A DNA stretch of 63,539 nt from Alistipes sp. (GTDB taxonomy: Bacteria > Bacteroidota > Bacteroidia > Bacteroidales > Rikenellaceae), in the NCBI RefSeq assembly GCF_021204515.1, contig NZ_JAJPZH010000037.1; one strand, written 5' to 3'. Positions 1-10,600 of the stretch are shown here, one piece after another. The first letter of the stretch is position 1, and every line of letters starts with the position of its first letter. The position numbers and the translations under genes were made by a program. The notes below the pieces were generated by a model. That model saw only the letters and a list, made by a program, of their open reading frames with translations. It was not told where the DNA came from and searched no databases.

Positions 1-94
1 CTGTTTCCCGGACTGCGGCCTGACGACTAAACCCCTGGCGGCAATCCCGGCCTACCGCTTTTCGGAGTAAGGGCTTCTCCCGTTCGGAGGGGTG

Positions 95-2302
95 TTATTC
101 GGCTTCGAGCACGAATACGGCGCTGTCGTAAATCTTGCACAGATTGGGATTGACGCCCGCATGGGTGAGATATTCGCCCGTAAAAGTGCCGCCGTCGAAC
201 CAGAACCGTTTTTTATCGACGTTCTGCTCCTCGATCCGGTAGCGGGTCTGCGCATCGAGTCCGTAAAGCCGGAATTTCGGAACCAGCGTGCGGCTCTGGT
301 AGTGGGTGCAGTAGGTGAACAGCACGGCTTTTTTCTTGTCTTTCGACACGTACATCACCCCGTAATAACCCGTATCGTCGTAAGGCGTGCCGATGCGGTA
401 GAGGTCGCCTTCCATGATGATATCGCGGTAGCCCTTGTAGCTTTCGATGGCCCTGCGCGCGAAGACCTTCTCCTCGTCGTCCATCTGTTTGGGCTGCAAT
501 TCCATGCCCAGACGGCCCGCGCAGGCCATGTCGAAGCGGAATTTGATCGGCGTGATGTTGCGGGTCTGGTGGTTGGGCGTGGCCGAAACGTGCGAACCCA
601 TGACCGTCGCCGGATAGAACAGGCTGGTGCCGTACTGGATGCGGGCGCGCGAAAGCGCTTCGGTATTGTCGCTGGTCCACACCTCGTTGAAGTACTTCAT
701 CGCGCCGTACTCCACACGGCCGCCGCCCGAAGCGCAGGCTTGGATCAGCACGTCGGGATATTTGGCGCGGATGCGCTCCATGATTTTGTAGAATCCCTGC
801 ACATAGTCGATCCAGAAGTGCGACTGCCTGTCTTTGGGCAGGTATTCCGACCCGGCGTTCTCCGCATGGCGGTTGGCGTCCCATTTGATGTAGTCGATGT
901 TGGGCGAGAGCTTCATCGTGTTGTCGAATACCGAGAATACGAAGTCCTGCACCTTGGGGTTGGTCAGGTCCAGCAGCCACTGACTGCGCATCTGGGGTAT
1001 TTCGCGGTCGCCCGACCTGACGATCCAGTCGGGATGCTTCTCGGCCAGTTCGCTCTTGGGATTGACCATTTCCGGCTCGATCCAGATGCCGAATTTCAGT
1101 CCCTTCCCGTGTGCGTACGAAGCGATGTAGTCGATGCCTTCGGGGAGCTTCTTGGCATTGACCTGCCAGTCGCCGAGTCCGGCCTTCGCCTCGTTGCGGG
1201 GATATTTGTTGCCGAACCATCCGTCGTCCAGCACGAACATTTCCAGTCCCATGTCCGCCGCGTCGTCGATCATGTCCGTCAGGGTCTTGGCGTCGAACGT
1301 GAAGTAGGCGCCTTCCCAGCTGTTGAGCAGCGTCGGGGCGTACGTGTGGCCGTGCCATACGCCGTAGTTGCGCGCCCAGTCGTGCAGGTTGCGGCTCGCG
1401 CCTCCCGCGCCTTCGAAGCTGTACGTATAGATCATTTCGGGCGTGGTGAACGATTCGCCTTCGGCGAGCGTGTAATCCGAAGCGTAGGGATTGGCTCCCG
1501 CGAGGATGTTGAGCACGTTGAATTCATCGACCTCGAAGTTGAGCCGGAAGTTGCCGCTCCACGCCAGCGCTCCTGCGATCACCTCGCCGTAATTCTCGTC
1601 GAACGCTTCGCTGTCGAGCGTCACCATGAAAGCCGGGTTCTCGGTGTGCGTCGTGCGCACCAGTTTGCGCGACTCGATGCTCTTCGAACCGTGGGTGAGC
1701 AGCGTGTGATCGGTCTGGCTCTCCCGCGCCCATGCGCCGTAGAGGTGGGTCAGCAGGTAACTGCGCGCCTTTACGGGCAGCGACGACGAATAGAAGGCGT
1801 GCAGTACGGCGTCGCCCTTCTCGCGGTTGCGGATCACGGTATGCGTCGTGATGACGTTCTCTTTGGCGTAGGCCGTGTAGACCAGTTCGACGTCCAGCGC
1901 CTGATCGGTGTCGGTGAGTTTGACGACCGTCTCGGTAACGTTCCTGTCGGCCAGCGTACGCGAGGCGTGCGAGACATAACGCAGTTCGGTGTTCATGTCC
2001 CCGTCGGCATGGGTCACGCGCAGCGCGGGTTCGCGGAAGTTGCGGCCGCCCATCGTCGAATAGGCGAGGTTGTCGGTGCCGTGGTCCGTGCGGCGGTAGC
2101 TCTTGATGCCGGCGGCGGGCGATGCGTCGTCGATGCGCCCTCCGAAGTGGTGGAACAGCACTTCGCCGTTCGGGGCGACGCTCATGACCATCGACAGGTC
2201 GTTCGTGCGGATGTTGATAACCTGCGGTTCGGCGGCCGTCGCGCCGATGCAGACCGTGCCCGCGAGCAGGGCCGTAAAGAGAGGTTTCAGCAGTTTTTTC
2301 AT
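95..2302 (-). CDS. alpha-galactosidase, glycoside hydrolase family 36
   Basis: Signal peptide; GH36 motifs LLNSWEG, FVLDDGWFG, KFGIWIEPEMVN, YIKWDANR, CASGGGR, WTSDNT. Confidence 0.93.
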   Translation of the reverse strand: MKKLLKPLFTALLAGTVCIGATAAEPQVINIRTNDLSMVMSVAPNGEVLFHHFGGRIDDASPAAGIKSYRRTDHGTDNLAYSTMGGRNFREPALRVTHADGDMNTELRYVSHASRTLADRNVTETVVKLTDTDQALDVELVYTAYAKENVITTHTVIRNREKGDAVLHAFYSSSLPVKARSYLLTHLYGAWARESQTDHTLLTHGSKSIESRKLVRTTHTENPAFMVTLDSEAFDENYGEVIAGALAWSGNFRLNFEVDEFNVLNILAGANPYASDYTLAEGESFTTPEMIYTYSFEGAGGASRNLHDWARNYGVWHGHTYAPTLLNSWEGAYFTFDAKTLTDMIDDAADMGLEMFVLDDGWFGNKYPRNEAKAGLGDWQVNAKKLPEGIDYIASYAHGKGLKFGIWIEPEMVNPKSELAEKHPDWIVRSGDREIPQMRSQWLLDLTNPKVQDFVFSVFDNTMKLSPNIDYIKWDANRHAENAGSEYLPKDRQSHFWIDYVQGFYKIMERIRAKYPDVLIQACASGGGRVEYGAMKYFNEVWTSDNTEALSRARIQYGTSLFYPATVMGSHVSATPNHQTRNITPIKFRFDMACAGRLGMELQPKQMDDEEKVFARRAIESYKGYRDIIMEGDLYRIGTPYDDTGYYGVMYVSKDKKKAVLFTYCTHYQSRTLVPKFRLYGLDAQTRYRIEEQNVDKKRFWFDGGTFTGEYLTHAGVNPNLCKIYDSAVFVLEAE

Positions 2303-2531
2303 AGGTTTGAGTCGGTTACGTTAGGAAAATGCGCTGAACACACATACAGCGCATTTTCGTTGTACGGGGATAAAGTTACGAAAAAATTACGTTGCGATCA
2401 AAAAAGCGGCAAATAATCTTTCGTTGTGAAACTTTCGACCCTGTAACAGTTATTTCGATATTTCGGATCGAATCTCTGGCAGTTCGCCACGCAGCGCACG
2501 TCGTTCGCGGTGCCGGCTTCGCCGGGTAATG

Positions 2532-2561
2532 AAAAAATCCCCGCACAAAGCCGTGCGGGGA
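2532..2561 (-). terminator. intrinsic terminator closing the lipid biosynthesis operon
   Basis: Stem tccccgcac/gtgcgggga with 6-nt loop, followed on the minus strand by T6, ~20 nt past the stop at 2584. Confidence 0.75.
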
Positions 2562-2583
2562 GTGTTTCCGGAAGCGATTTTCC

Positions 2584-3156
2584 CTATTTGGTCAGGTATC
2601 TTCCCTGTTTTTTGAGGGCGTTGTAAACCGAGCCTGCCCAATAGTTGCGCAGTCCGAAGCCCTTGGGCTTGCCGCTCATGTCCATTTGGGTAATTATCTC
2701 GTGTGTCGCGGGATCGAACAGCACGGCGACGTAGTAGCCCATACCGTTGCCCTTGTCGAGCGTCGTGGCGACCAGCACCAGTCCTTTGTTGCCCGAGCCG
2801 TTGTCGTAGCGGGCGACGATCTGCGGAAGCTGCGTCTGCCAGTCGATCGCGGCGCTGCGGGGCGTGAACTGCTCCGCGGCCAGTGCGCCGAGCGATTCGG
2901 TGGCCTGCCCGACGCCGGTCGAGAGGATGTCGATGCCGGTGAACCCGGCCACGTCGTATTTCTTCGGTTCGCTCAGGAAGAGCTTGTTAATGGCCTCGAA
3001 CGCCTTGATGAAGGCGCCCGGCTCCTCGTCGGCGCCCTTGACGTCTACGCAGCTGTAATCCACGCCGTAAAAATCGGCTGCGATCTTCTCTTTTCCCTTC
3101 TGCGCGTAGCCGCTGACGGCGACGAGGCACAATGCTATGGCCAGTAACTTTTTCAT
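2584..3156 (-). CDS. exported hypothetical protein, last gene of the lipid cluster
   Basis: Clean signal peptide MKKLLAIALCLVAVSGYAQ; 11 nt from upstream gene and followed by a terminator; no recognisable catalytic motif. Confidence 0.8.
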   Translation of the reverse strand: MKKLLAIALCLVAVSGYAQKGKEKIAADFYGVDYSCVDVKGADEEPGAFIKAFEAINKLFLSEPKKYDVAGFTGIDILSTGVGQATESLGALAAEQFTPRSAAIDWQTQLPQIVARYDNGSGNKGLVLVATTLDKGNGMGYYVAVLFDPATHEIITQMDMSGKPKGFGLRNYWAGSVYNALKKQGRYLTK

Positions 3157-3167
3157 GGTACGAATTT

Positions 3168-4475
3168 TTATTTGGTTTGTTCGCGTAAATCTACGAATTT
3201 AATTTGTTTCCGGCTCATCTGGGGCATCTGTTTTTTTGCAATATACTCCACGGGTTCGAAAACGACCTCCGGGGCGACGCGCACTTTCGAACGGAACGTG
3301 TCCTTTATCTCCTTCTCGAAGGCTTCGTCGCGGCGCGTGCTGCCGATGCGCAGCACGATCTGGTCGGTGCCCAGACTGCCCGTGAAGACCTCGATGATGT
3401 AGTTGCTCACGCCGGGGATGTTTTCCAGTATGTCGTACAGCGCGGGCGGATAGAGCGTCGTGCCCTTGAATTTGATCATCTGTCCCTTTCGGCCGATGAC
3501 CGACGACAGCCGCATCGTGCCGCGTCCGCAGGCGCACCGCTCCGTGTACCCGATGCAGATGTCGCCCGTGCGGAAGCGCAGCAGCGGCATGCCCCGCACG
3601 CCGAGCGTCGTAATGACGACTTCGCCCTCGGTGCCTTCGGGAACGGGGTTGTTCTGCTCGTCGAGCAGCTCCACCAGAATCAGATCGGCCGGGACGTGGC
3701 CGCCGCAGTGGTGCCCGCACTCGGTGATCGAGGTCTGCATCTCGGTCGAAGCGTAGGTCGAGAACAGCTCCAGTTCGGGCCACAGTTCGGTAATCTTGGC
3801 TCCCAGCGTGTTGTTGCCGAAGTCGGTGTCGCGCAGCGCTTCGCCGATGCAGATCGCGCGGCGCAGCGACGAACGGCGGTAGTCGATGCCGTGCTCCTCG
3901 GCATAGGCGACCAGTTTTGTCAGGAACGACGGCACGACGATACAGCCCGTGGGACCTATGCGCCGTATGGTGTCCCACTGCAGTTCGGGAATGCCGTTGC
4001 CGACGCGGATCACGCCGCACCGGAGTTTCCGCGCACCCAGAAAATAGGCCAGCCCCGCCATGAAACGGCGGTCGATGGTGGTCATCAGCTGCAGCACGTC
4101 GTCCGGCGTGCATCCCGCCGTGGTGAAGGATTCGGCTTCGTTGTAGGCCAGCCGGTCGAGGTCCTCCTCCGTGAGGGCGAACGTCACCGGGTCGCCGAGC
4201 GTTCCCGAAGTGGTCACGTAATCGACGATGCGGCTGCGGGGTACGCAGACGAAATCCTGCGGGTGGAGCTGCAGGTCCGTCTTGGTGGTCACGGGCAGCC
4301 GCCGCAGGTCCTCCTGCGTGCGGATGTCGCCCGGACGCGCGCCGCAGTGGTCGAACATGCGCCGGTAGTAGGGTGAATTTTCGTACAGATACGCGATCTC
4401 TTCGCGCAGGCGTTCCTGCTGGAACGCGGCGATCGCATCCGCCGATGCGAATTGTATTTCCGGATTTCTTATCAT
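3168..4475 (-). CDS. phenylacetate--CoA ligase family adenylate-forming enzyme (aryl-CoA/ACP ligase)
   Basis: TTSGTLGDP P-loop, STYASTE, PLLRFRTGD, GRKGQMIKFKG; start at 4475 chosen from ATGA overlap with upstream stop. Confidence 0.88.
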   Translation of the reverse strand: MIRNPEIQFASADAIAAFQQERLREEIAYLYENSPYYRRMFDHCGARPGDIRTQEDLRRLPVTTKTDLQLHPQDFVCVPRSRIVDYVTTSGTLGDPVTFALTEEDLDRLAYNEAESFTTAGCTPDDVLQLMTTIDRRFMAGLAYFLGARKLRCGVIRVGNGIPELQWDTIRRIGPTGCIVVPSFLTKLVAYAEEHGIDYRRSSLRRAICIGEALRDTDFGNNTLGAKITELWPELELFSTYASTEMQTSITECGHHCGGHVPADLILVELLDEQNNPVPEGTEGEVVITTLGVRGMPLLRFRTGDICIGYTERCACGRGTMRLSSVIGRKGQMIKFKGTTLYPPALYDILENIPGVSNYIIEVFTGSLGTDQIVLRIGSTRRDEAFEKEIKDTFRSKVRVAPEVVFEPVEYIAKKQMPQMSRKQIKFVDLREQTK

Positions 4476-6130
4476 GGCTTGCATTCCGATTTTAGTCTTT
4501 CAACAGCTTCCCGCTCGTCGGCGCGCGGGATTCCGCTTTGCAGCGCGCTGTCGAAACATTGCGCCGCCCGGACGTCGTCGCCCTGCGAGCGGTAGTATTC
4601 TCCCAGCAGTTTCCATGTATGGAAATTCTGCGGATTGGTCCGTTCGAAACGGTCGAGCGTCGCGGCGTCGGCGGGGGTCTTTTCCCGCATGGCTTTGCGG
4701 ATTTCTCCGCTCAGCCGTCTGTATGCCACCACGCGCGGATAGTCGTGTGCGAGGTAGGCCGTGTCGGCGGCTATCTCCTGCGCCGCGTCGCAAAGCTCTC
4801 CGGCCGGATCGGGATCGCGCATGACGGCCCCCAGATCGTAGCAGATGTACGCGCCGCCCTGCCACGGCGAGGTCGAAACCCACATTTTCAACGCCGAGGG
4901 CTGGAATACCACCGAGTGGTGGGCGATCGACTGATTGACCGAGCAGTCGTTTCCGACGCCGATGTCCGCGCCGCCCTCGCCCTGCTGGTCGCGCAGCATG
5001 GCTACGGCCGCGGAAGGGGTGAGCGGCGCATTTGCCGCCGTCAGCTCCTCCAGCCGTGCGAAGCGGCAGGGGCTGTCCGTTCGGGCGAGGTTGTCGAGGT
5101 TGTATTCGTCGCCGGACAGTTCGGCCGACTGGTAATGGTTCGTACAGACGAGGTATTCGCCACCGCTTTCGTACAGGGCGGTTTTGCGGGGCGTCTTCTC
5201 GATGATTGCGGCCCGCCCGTCGCGCGCCGAGGCGATGAGCAGCGATTCGCTGACGAAGGTGTCGCGGCTGCGGGCGATTTCGAGCGCTTCGCCGATGGTC
5301 GCCGCGTGCTGCAGGATTTCGCGCGCGAGGATCGAAATCGGAGTCGCCGCCGAGAGCGGAACGGGACCTTTGGCGGCGTTGATCGTCACGGTCAGCCCCT
5401 TGTCGTTCATGCCCGACAGTACGCCGATCATCCCGGCCCAGCCGATGCTGACGAAGGGATGCCCGGCCTGCGGACGGCAGAAGGTGACGATTTTGTGGCG
5501 GGCGAAGTCGTCGCCCATGTAGAAGTCGAAATTGCGGCCTACCACCAGCTCCCCGTCGGCGCTCATGCCGCCCCACGCCGCGAACGAACTGCACCCGACG
5601 AGCATGTACTGGCTCATGGCGTGCCCGATGTCGTGCGCCGCATGGTAGTTGAGCTGACGCTCGTAAGGGGTGCCTATGGCGTCGAAGTCGTGCGAGCAGT
5701 AGAGCGACCGGGCGTATATCTCGCGCCGGTACTCTTCGGGGACGTGCCGTCCCAGATTGCGGTTGAAGATCACGATCATGCCGCGCAGGAACTTCAGGTA
5801 GCCGTCCGAGGGGATGAATTCGCGGATCCGGTCCACGAAAACCTGCTCCTGATAGCGCATCAGCCCGGCCGTGAGCGCTCCCGCCGCCGCTCCCGACTCT
5901 TCGGGCGATCCGGCCGTGTAAAGCTCCCAGAGACCGTACTTGTTTTGGCGCAGGAAACTCCCGCGGCACGAGGTGTAGCCGCCGTGGTCCGCGACGCGGT
6001 AATCCGCCGTGTCGATGGTCATCACGGGCTGCTCCATGTCGGCCGTGAGGTAGAGGCCCCAGAGGAACGCCGCCGCGAGGAGCGGAAGCGCAAGGAGCGT
6101 GATGAGCGTGTATTTGAGAAATCGTTTCAT
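4472..6130 (-). CDS. C45 family Ntn-hydrolase/acyltransferase with N-terminal membrane anchor and TPR-like C-terminus
   Basis: GCSSFAAWG (processing-site Cys), GRNFDF, SGMNDKGL, CTNHY. Confidence 0.82.
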   Translation of the reverse strand: MKRFLKYTLITLLALPLLAAAFLWGLYLTADMEQPVMTIDTADYRVADHGGYTSCRGSFLRQNKYGLWELYTAGSPEESGAAAGALTAGLMRYQEQVFVDRIREFIPSDGYLKFLRGMIVIFNRNLGRHVPEEYRREIYARSLYCSHDFDAIGTPYERQLNYHAAHDIGHAMSQYMLVGCSSFAAWGGMSADGELVVGRNFDFYMGDDFARHKIVTFCRPQAGHPFVSIGWAGMIGVLSGMNDKGLTVTINAAKGPVPLSAATPISILAREILQHAATIGEALEIARSRDTFVSESLLIASARDGRAAIIEKTPRKTALYESGGEYLVCTNHYQSAELSGDEYNLDNLARTDSPCRFARLEELTAANAPLTPSAAVAMLRDQQGEGGADIGVGNDCSVNQSIAHHSVVFQPSALKMWVSTSPWQGGAYICYDLGAVMRDPDPAGELCDAAQEIAADTAYLAHDYPRVVAYRRLSGEIRKAMREKTPADAATLDRFERTNPQNFHTWKLLGEYYRSQGDDVRAAQCFDSALQSGIPRADEREAVERLKSECKP

Positions 6131-7626
6131 GCGTCGCCTATTTTTTTAGCCAGATATTCCGTGCCCAGCAGCTCGGCGCAGGTCGCCGCCGCCGAGAGCG
6201 TCACCCCGATCGCGCCGTGAACGGTCAGGTTCTGCCCCGTGAGCAGCAGGTTTTCGAATTTCGTCCGTACGGGGATGCAGGTCGCCATGACGTTGCGGCA
6301 GTCCTTTTGCAGTCCGTAAGCCTCCCCGTGCGGGATTCCGGTATAATGGCGGTAAGTGAGCGGCGTGGCCGCGTACGTCTGTTCGATCGCCGCCCGCAGG
6401 CCGGGATGGCGCTCGCAGGCGAAGTCCGTCAATCGCTCCGCGACGGCCGTTTTCAGCGCCGTATACGCTTCGGGCCGGTGTCCCGGCGCCGAGTCCTCCC
6501 ATGCCGACCAGATGTTGGTGGCGATCGGTGTCATCAGCGTCACCACCTCGCTCCACGCCGGATCGGCGCACGGCGGCTGCGCGCTGAACAGCACCATTTT
6601 CGGGTGCATGCCCTCCGTGTCGAAGAGCGTGTCCCAGACGTCCCCGCCCCCGGCGTAATAATAGAGGTTGCGGTTGATATAGGGAAAACTTTGCGGCCTG
6701 AGCAGCAGGTATACCGAGAAAAACCCGTATGTGCCCGGCATGCCGGCCATCCGGTCGCGGAAGGCCCGGCGGAGCACCGGCGTCGGCCCGATCAGGCCGA
6801 ACGTCGCCGCCGGATGGATGGCCGAAATGACGCTCTTCGCCCGCAGGCTTCTTCCGTCGGCGAGTTCCACGCCCGTAACGCGCCTGCCTTCGGTGTGCAG
6901 CGCGCTTGCCCGGCATCCGGCGAGGATCGTGCCGCCGTGCTCGCGGATTTTGGCCGCCAGTGCGTCGGCGATATGCTGCGTCCCGCCGGCGAAACGGCAG
7001 GCGCCTTCGATGTTCGAATGGTTTATCATGGCGTGGTGGTAGAGCGGCGAACTCTCCCGAACCCCGCCGTAGAGGGGGTTGGTCCCGGCCAGAACGCTGC
7101 GCAGCAGCGGATCGGCGACGCATTCGCCGATAAACTCCGCCGCCGCTACGCCCAGATATTTCGCCCCGCCGGACGACAGCCGTCCCGAACGGTGCACTTC
7201 GACTCCGATGCTGTCGCCTATCTCCCTGATTTTGGCGCAGTAGCGGGCGATTCCCGCCGCTTCGCGGGGAAAGAGGGAGGTCAGGTGCCGCCGGAATTCG
7301 TCGTAGCCGTGCATGTAGGCGAACTCTCCGGCTCCGCCCGGCGATACGATGTCGAACGCTTCGTCGAGCGGCCGTATTTCGAGCGAATCCCCGATGCCGA
7401 AATAGTCGAAGTACCGGCGCATGATGCCGCCCTGCTGCATGCTGCCCACGTAGTGCATTCCCGTATCGATCGCGTGGCCGCCGCGGCGGAACGACTGCAG
7501 GCAGCCGCCGAGGACCGCCGCCTGTTCGACTACGCAGACGTTCAGCCCTTCGCGGCTCAGCATGACGCCGCATTCCAGTCCGCCCAGCCCGCTGCCGATG
7601 ACGATTATGTCGAACTCCTCCTGCAT
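6127..7626 (-). CDS. phytoene desaturase/retinol saturase family FAD-dependent oxidoreductase
   Basis: DIIVIGSGLGGL dinucleotide fold, DTGMHYVG, TPLTY..YTG, NLLLTGQ..HG..GV. Confidence 0.85.
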   Translation of the reverse strand: MQEEFDIIVIGSGLGGLECGVMLSREGLNVCVVEQAAVLGGCLQSFRRGGHAIDTGMHYVGSMQQGGIMRRYFDYFGIGDSLEIRPLDEAFDIVSPGGAGEFAYMHGYDEFRRHLTSLFPREAAGIARYCAKIREIGDSIGVEVHRSGRLSSGGAKYLGVAAAEFIGECVADPLLRSVLAGTNPLYGGVRESSPLYHHAMINHSNIEGACRFAGGTQHIADALAAKIREHGGTILAGCRASALHTEGRRVTGVELADGRSLRAKSVISAIHPAATFGLIGPTPVLRRAFRDRMAGMPGTYGFFSVYLLLRPQSFPYINRNLYYYAGGGDVWDTLFDTEGMHPKMVLFSAQPPCADPAWSEVVTLMTPIATNIWSAWEDSAPGHRPEAYTALKTAVAERLTDFACERHPGLRAAIEQTYAATPLTYRHYTGIPHGEAYGLQKDCRNVMATCIPVRTKFENLLLTGQNLTVHGAIGVTLSAAATCAELLGTEYLAKKIGDA

Positions 7627-7627
7627 C

Positions 7628-10600
7628 TTATTCCGGTCGGGTCAGTATGTAAACCGTATTCGATGTGCGCGCATCCCTGTACGCCGCGTGGATTTCCAGC
7701 CCCAGCCTGCGGGCCGTCTGCTGCAGTTCCGGCGTCGAGGTGAAGTGCAGTTCGCCGTCGGTCTTGTTGAATCCGACGATCTTCGTGGACCACACTTCGG
7801 TCAGGGCCGTCGTTTTGTGCCGTTCGGTCTTTCCGGCGTCGCCGTCGCGGATGACGATCCGCCCGCCCGTCTTGAGCCGCGCCGCACAGCGTGCGATCAG
7901 CCCGCGCTGCTCTTCGGGCTGCATGTAGTGCAGTACGTCGAGCAGCAGGAACGCATCGGCTTCGGGCAGCTCCGCCGTGCGCAGGTCGGCGTGGACGAAC
8001 TCCGTTTCGGGCCGCCGCAGGAAACTGTGCCGCGCCGTTTCGATCTTCTCCGCGTCGTAATCCATGCCCACGATGCGGCGGCGGTCCGAGAGCATGGCGA
8101 GCATGTAGCTCAGCGGCCCGTATCCGCAGCCGAGGTCCACGACGGTTCCTTCGCGCGGCACGATTCGGTCGAAGAGCGTGTAGCACTTCTCCAGCCGTAT
8201 CTTGACCCGCATGTACCACTCCAGCACGGGGCCCTTGTAGGTGTAGCTCTTGATGAGCATGTCGCGGAAGTAGGGGTTGCAGGGCCGGTTGTAGGTCTCG
8301 TAGAGTTTGCGGTACTCCCGGCGCATCTGGCGGCATGCGGACTTGGCCTGCGCGGAGTAGTCCGCGGGGTCGCCGCAGGCCGTGCGCGGCAGGATGCGGC
8401 TCACGACCAGTCCGTGTTTGATGTAGATGGGCTGGCGTTTGGACGAGATCATGCCGTTGCCGTAGAGACATATCGGCAGGATGTCCAGCCCTAACTCCGC
8501 CGCGAGGTAGAAGGCGCCCTTGTGGAAGCGTTTGATCTTCCCGTCGGCCGAGCGCGTGCCTTCGGGGAAGACGATGACGCTGTAACCTTCGGCGACCTTC
8601 TGCGCGAGTGCCGGGGCGAGGTGCTCGTATCCGTCTGCGGCGTGGTAGAAACCCAGATAGCGGACGATGCGTCCGAAGACCGGCGAACGCCACACCCAGC
8701 CGTTGGTCACCATCACCGCCTTGGGGCAGATGCTCAGCAGTACGAGGATGTCGATGAACGACTGGTGGTTGGCGATCACCACCGCCGGTTCGGCGAACGT
8801 CTCGCCCGCGTCGTTCAGGCGGATGGTTTTGGTGGTGACCATCGCCCGCAGGAATCCCCGTGTCATGTGGTGGATCGACCACTGCACGATGCGCTGTTTG
8901 CGGCGGCGCGCCATCGGCAGCGGCCAGAGCGTGAAGATCAGCGCCTGCAGCAGCTGGCATCCCGTCACGAACAGCCCGAATGCGTAGAGGGTGTTGATGA
9001 GGCTGCCCAGCGTGTAGGGCGCGCCGCCTTTTTCGGTCTGCGACGAGACGAGCATCCGGAACAGCACGGGCTGTACGGTGTAGGATACCAGTACCACGGC
9101 GACGATGCCGAAGAGCGAGATCAGCGCCAGCGAATGCAGCGCCGGATGCCGCGCGAAGATCAGCGCTCCGAGTCCCACGACGACCGTGAAGGCCGAGAAG
9201 AAGATGGCCGTCTTGTGCGTGTCGAGCATCCTGCGCCCGGTTTTGTATTCGCTCAGCAGGCCGTCCATGATGAAGATGCTGAAGTCGTCGCCGATGCCGA
9301 ATATGAAGGTCGAAAGGATGATCGTCACGATGTTGAATTCGATGCCCAGCATGGCCATCAGTCCGAGGATGATGACCCATCCGACGGCCATCGGCAGCAG
9401 CGACATCAGCGTCAGTTCGATCCGGCCGTAGCAGAGGAACAGCGCCGCGGTGACCAGTATCGACGAGATCGAGAGTATCAGATAGAAGTTGCGGTTCACG
9501 CTCCGCGCCATTTTCCCGGCGTAGAACGCCCGGTCGGCGACCACGATGTCGTCCGTAGCTGAAAATGCCGCGTACACTTCGTGTTTGCAGCTGTCTGCCA
9601 GCGTCACGTGGCTCAGGAAGATGGGAGATTTCTCCTGCCCGTCGATCCACTCGCGGAATACCTCGCGCGCCGCCGCGGACGAATAGTCGAGCATGCCATA
9701 TTCCTTTCCGGCCAGCGTCAGCGCGCCGTCGAACGCCCCTTCGGCGAAGCCGTACCGTTTTTCCGCCTCCCGAATCCCCGCGCGCACCGCTTCCCGCCGC
9801 TGCGGAGTCCAGAACCGGCGCCACCGCTCCAGCCGCCGCTGTTGTTCGGCGCTGTCCACCACGAACGACGTGATACCCGCATGGGAGTCGATTTTCCCGG
9901 CCTGTTCGAGCGAATCGAGCCGCCGGCCCATACGCAGGTAACTTGCGACGGCTTCGCCCGGCGTGTCGGCCGTGGTGATGAAGAGCACCTTCGAGCGCTC
10001 CCCTTCTTCGTTGGTCAGCCTGCTCAGCCGCTCCTGCGCGGCGGCCAGTCGGGGCGGGTCGTAGTTCAGGTGCATCATGTCGCTGTCGAAGCCGATGCGA
10101 TTGAAGAAGAAGAGACATATGAACGTGAGCAGCAGGATCGCCGCCACCAGCGGACGGTTCCGGTCGGGACGCATTCCCGTAAGCCGTTCCACCCGTTCCA
10201 GCACGGCGGACCCCCCCCCGCGGTTCTCTTTACGGATAAGGTGGGGGAGCAGCACCAGACTGAAAAGCGTCGTTCCGACCAGCGTCAGCGATGCGAACAG
10301 CCCGAAATCGCGCAGCAGCTGCGAGTCGGTGAAGAGCAGTCCCGCGAAGGCGCCGATGGTCGTTATGCTGCCGATGGTCAGCGGATAGGCCAGATCGCGG
10401 ATGATCTGCCGCGGGTCGTGGCAGTGGTTCGCATGGCAGAGTATATGGATCGAATAGCTCAGCGCGATACCCATCACGACGGTCCCTGCGCCTACGGCGA
10501 TCGACGAAATCGTATGGCACGTCAGCGACATGAGCGCCAGCGCGAACAGCGCGCCGAGCGCCACGGGAATCAGCGCCAGCAGGACCGCGAACTTGTTGCG

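Noticed and set aside
95-2302. GH36 as part of the lipid cluster
   Set aside because: Separated by a terminator and its own ~280 bp upstream region
92-2416. 774 aa plus-strand ORF
   Set aside because: Antisense shadow of the GH36 gene; no motifs; expected from high-GC codon bias
6127-7626. Carotenoid biosynthesis
   Set aside because: No phytoene synthase or prenyltransferase in the window
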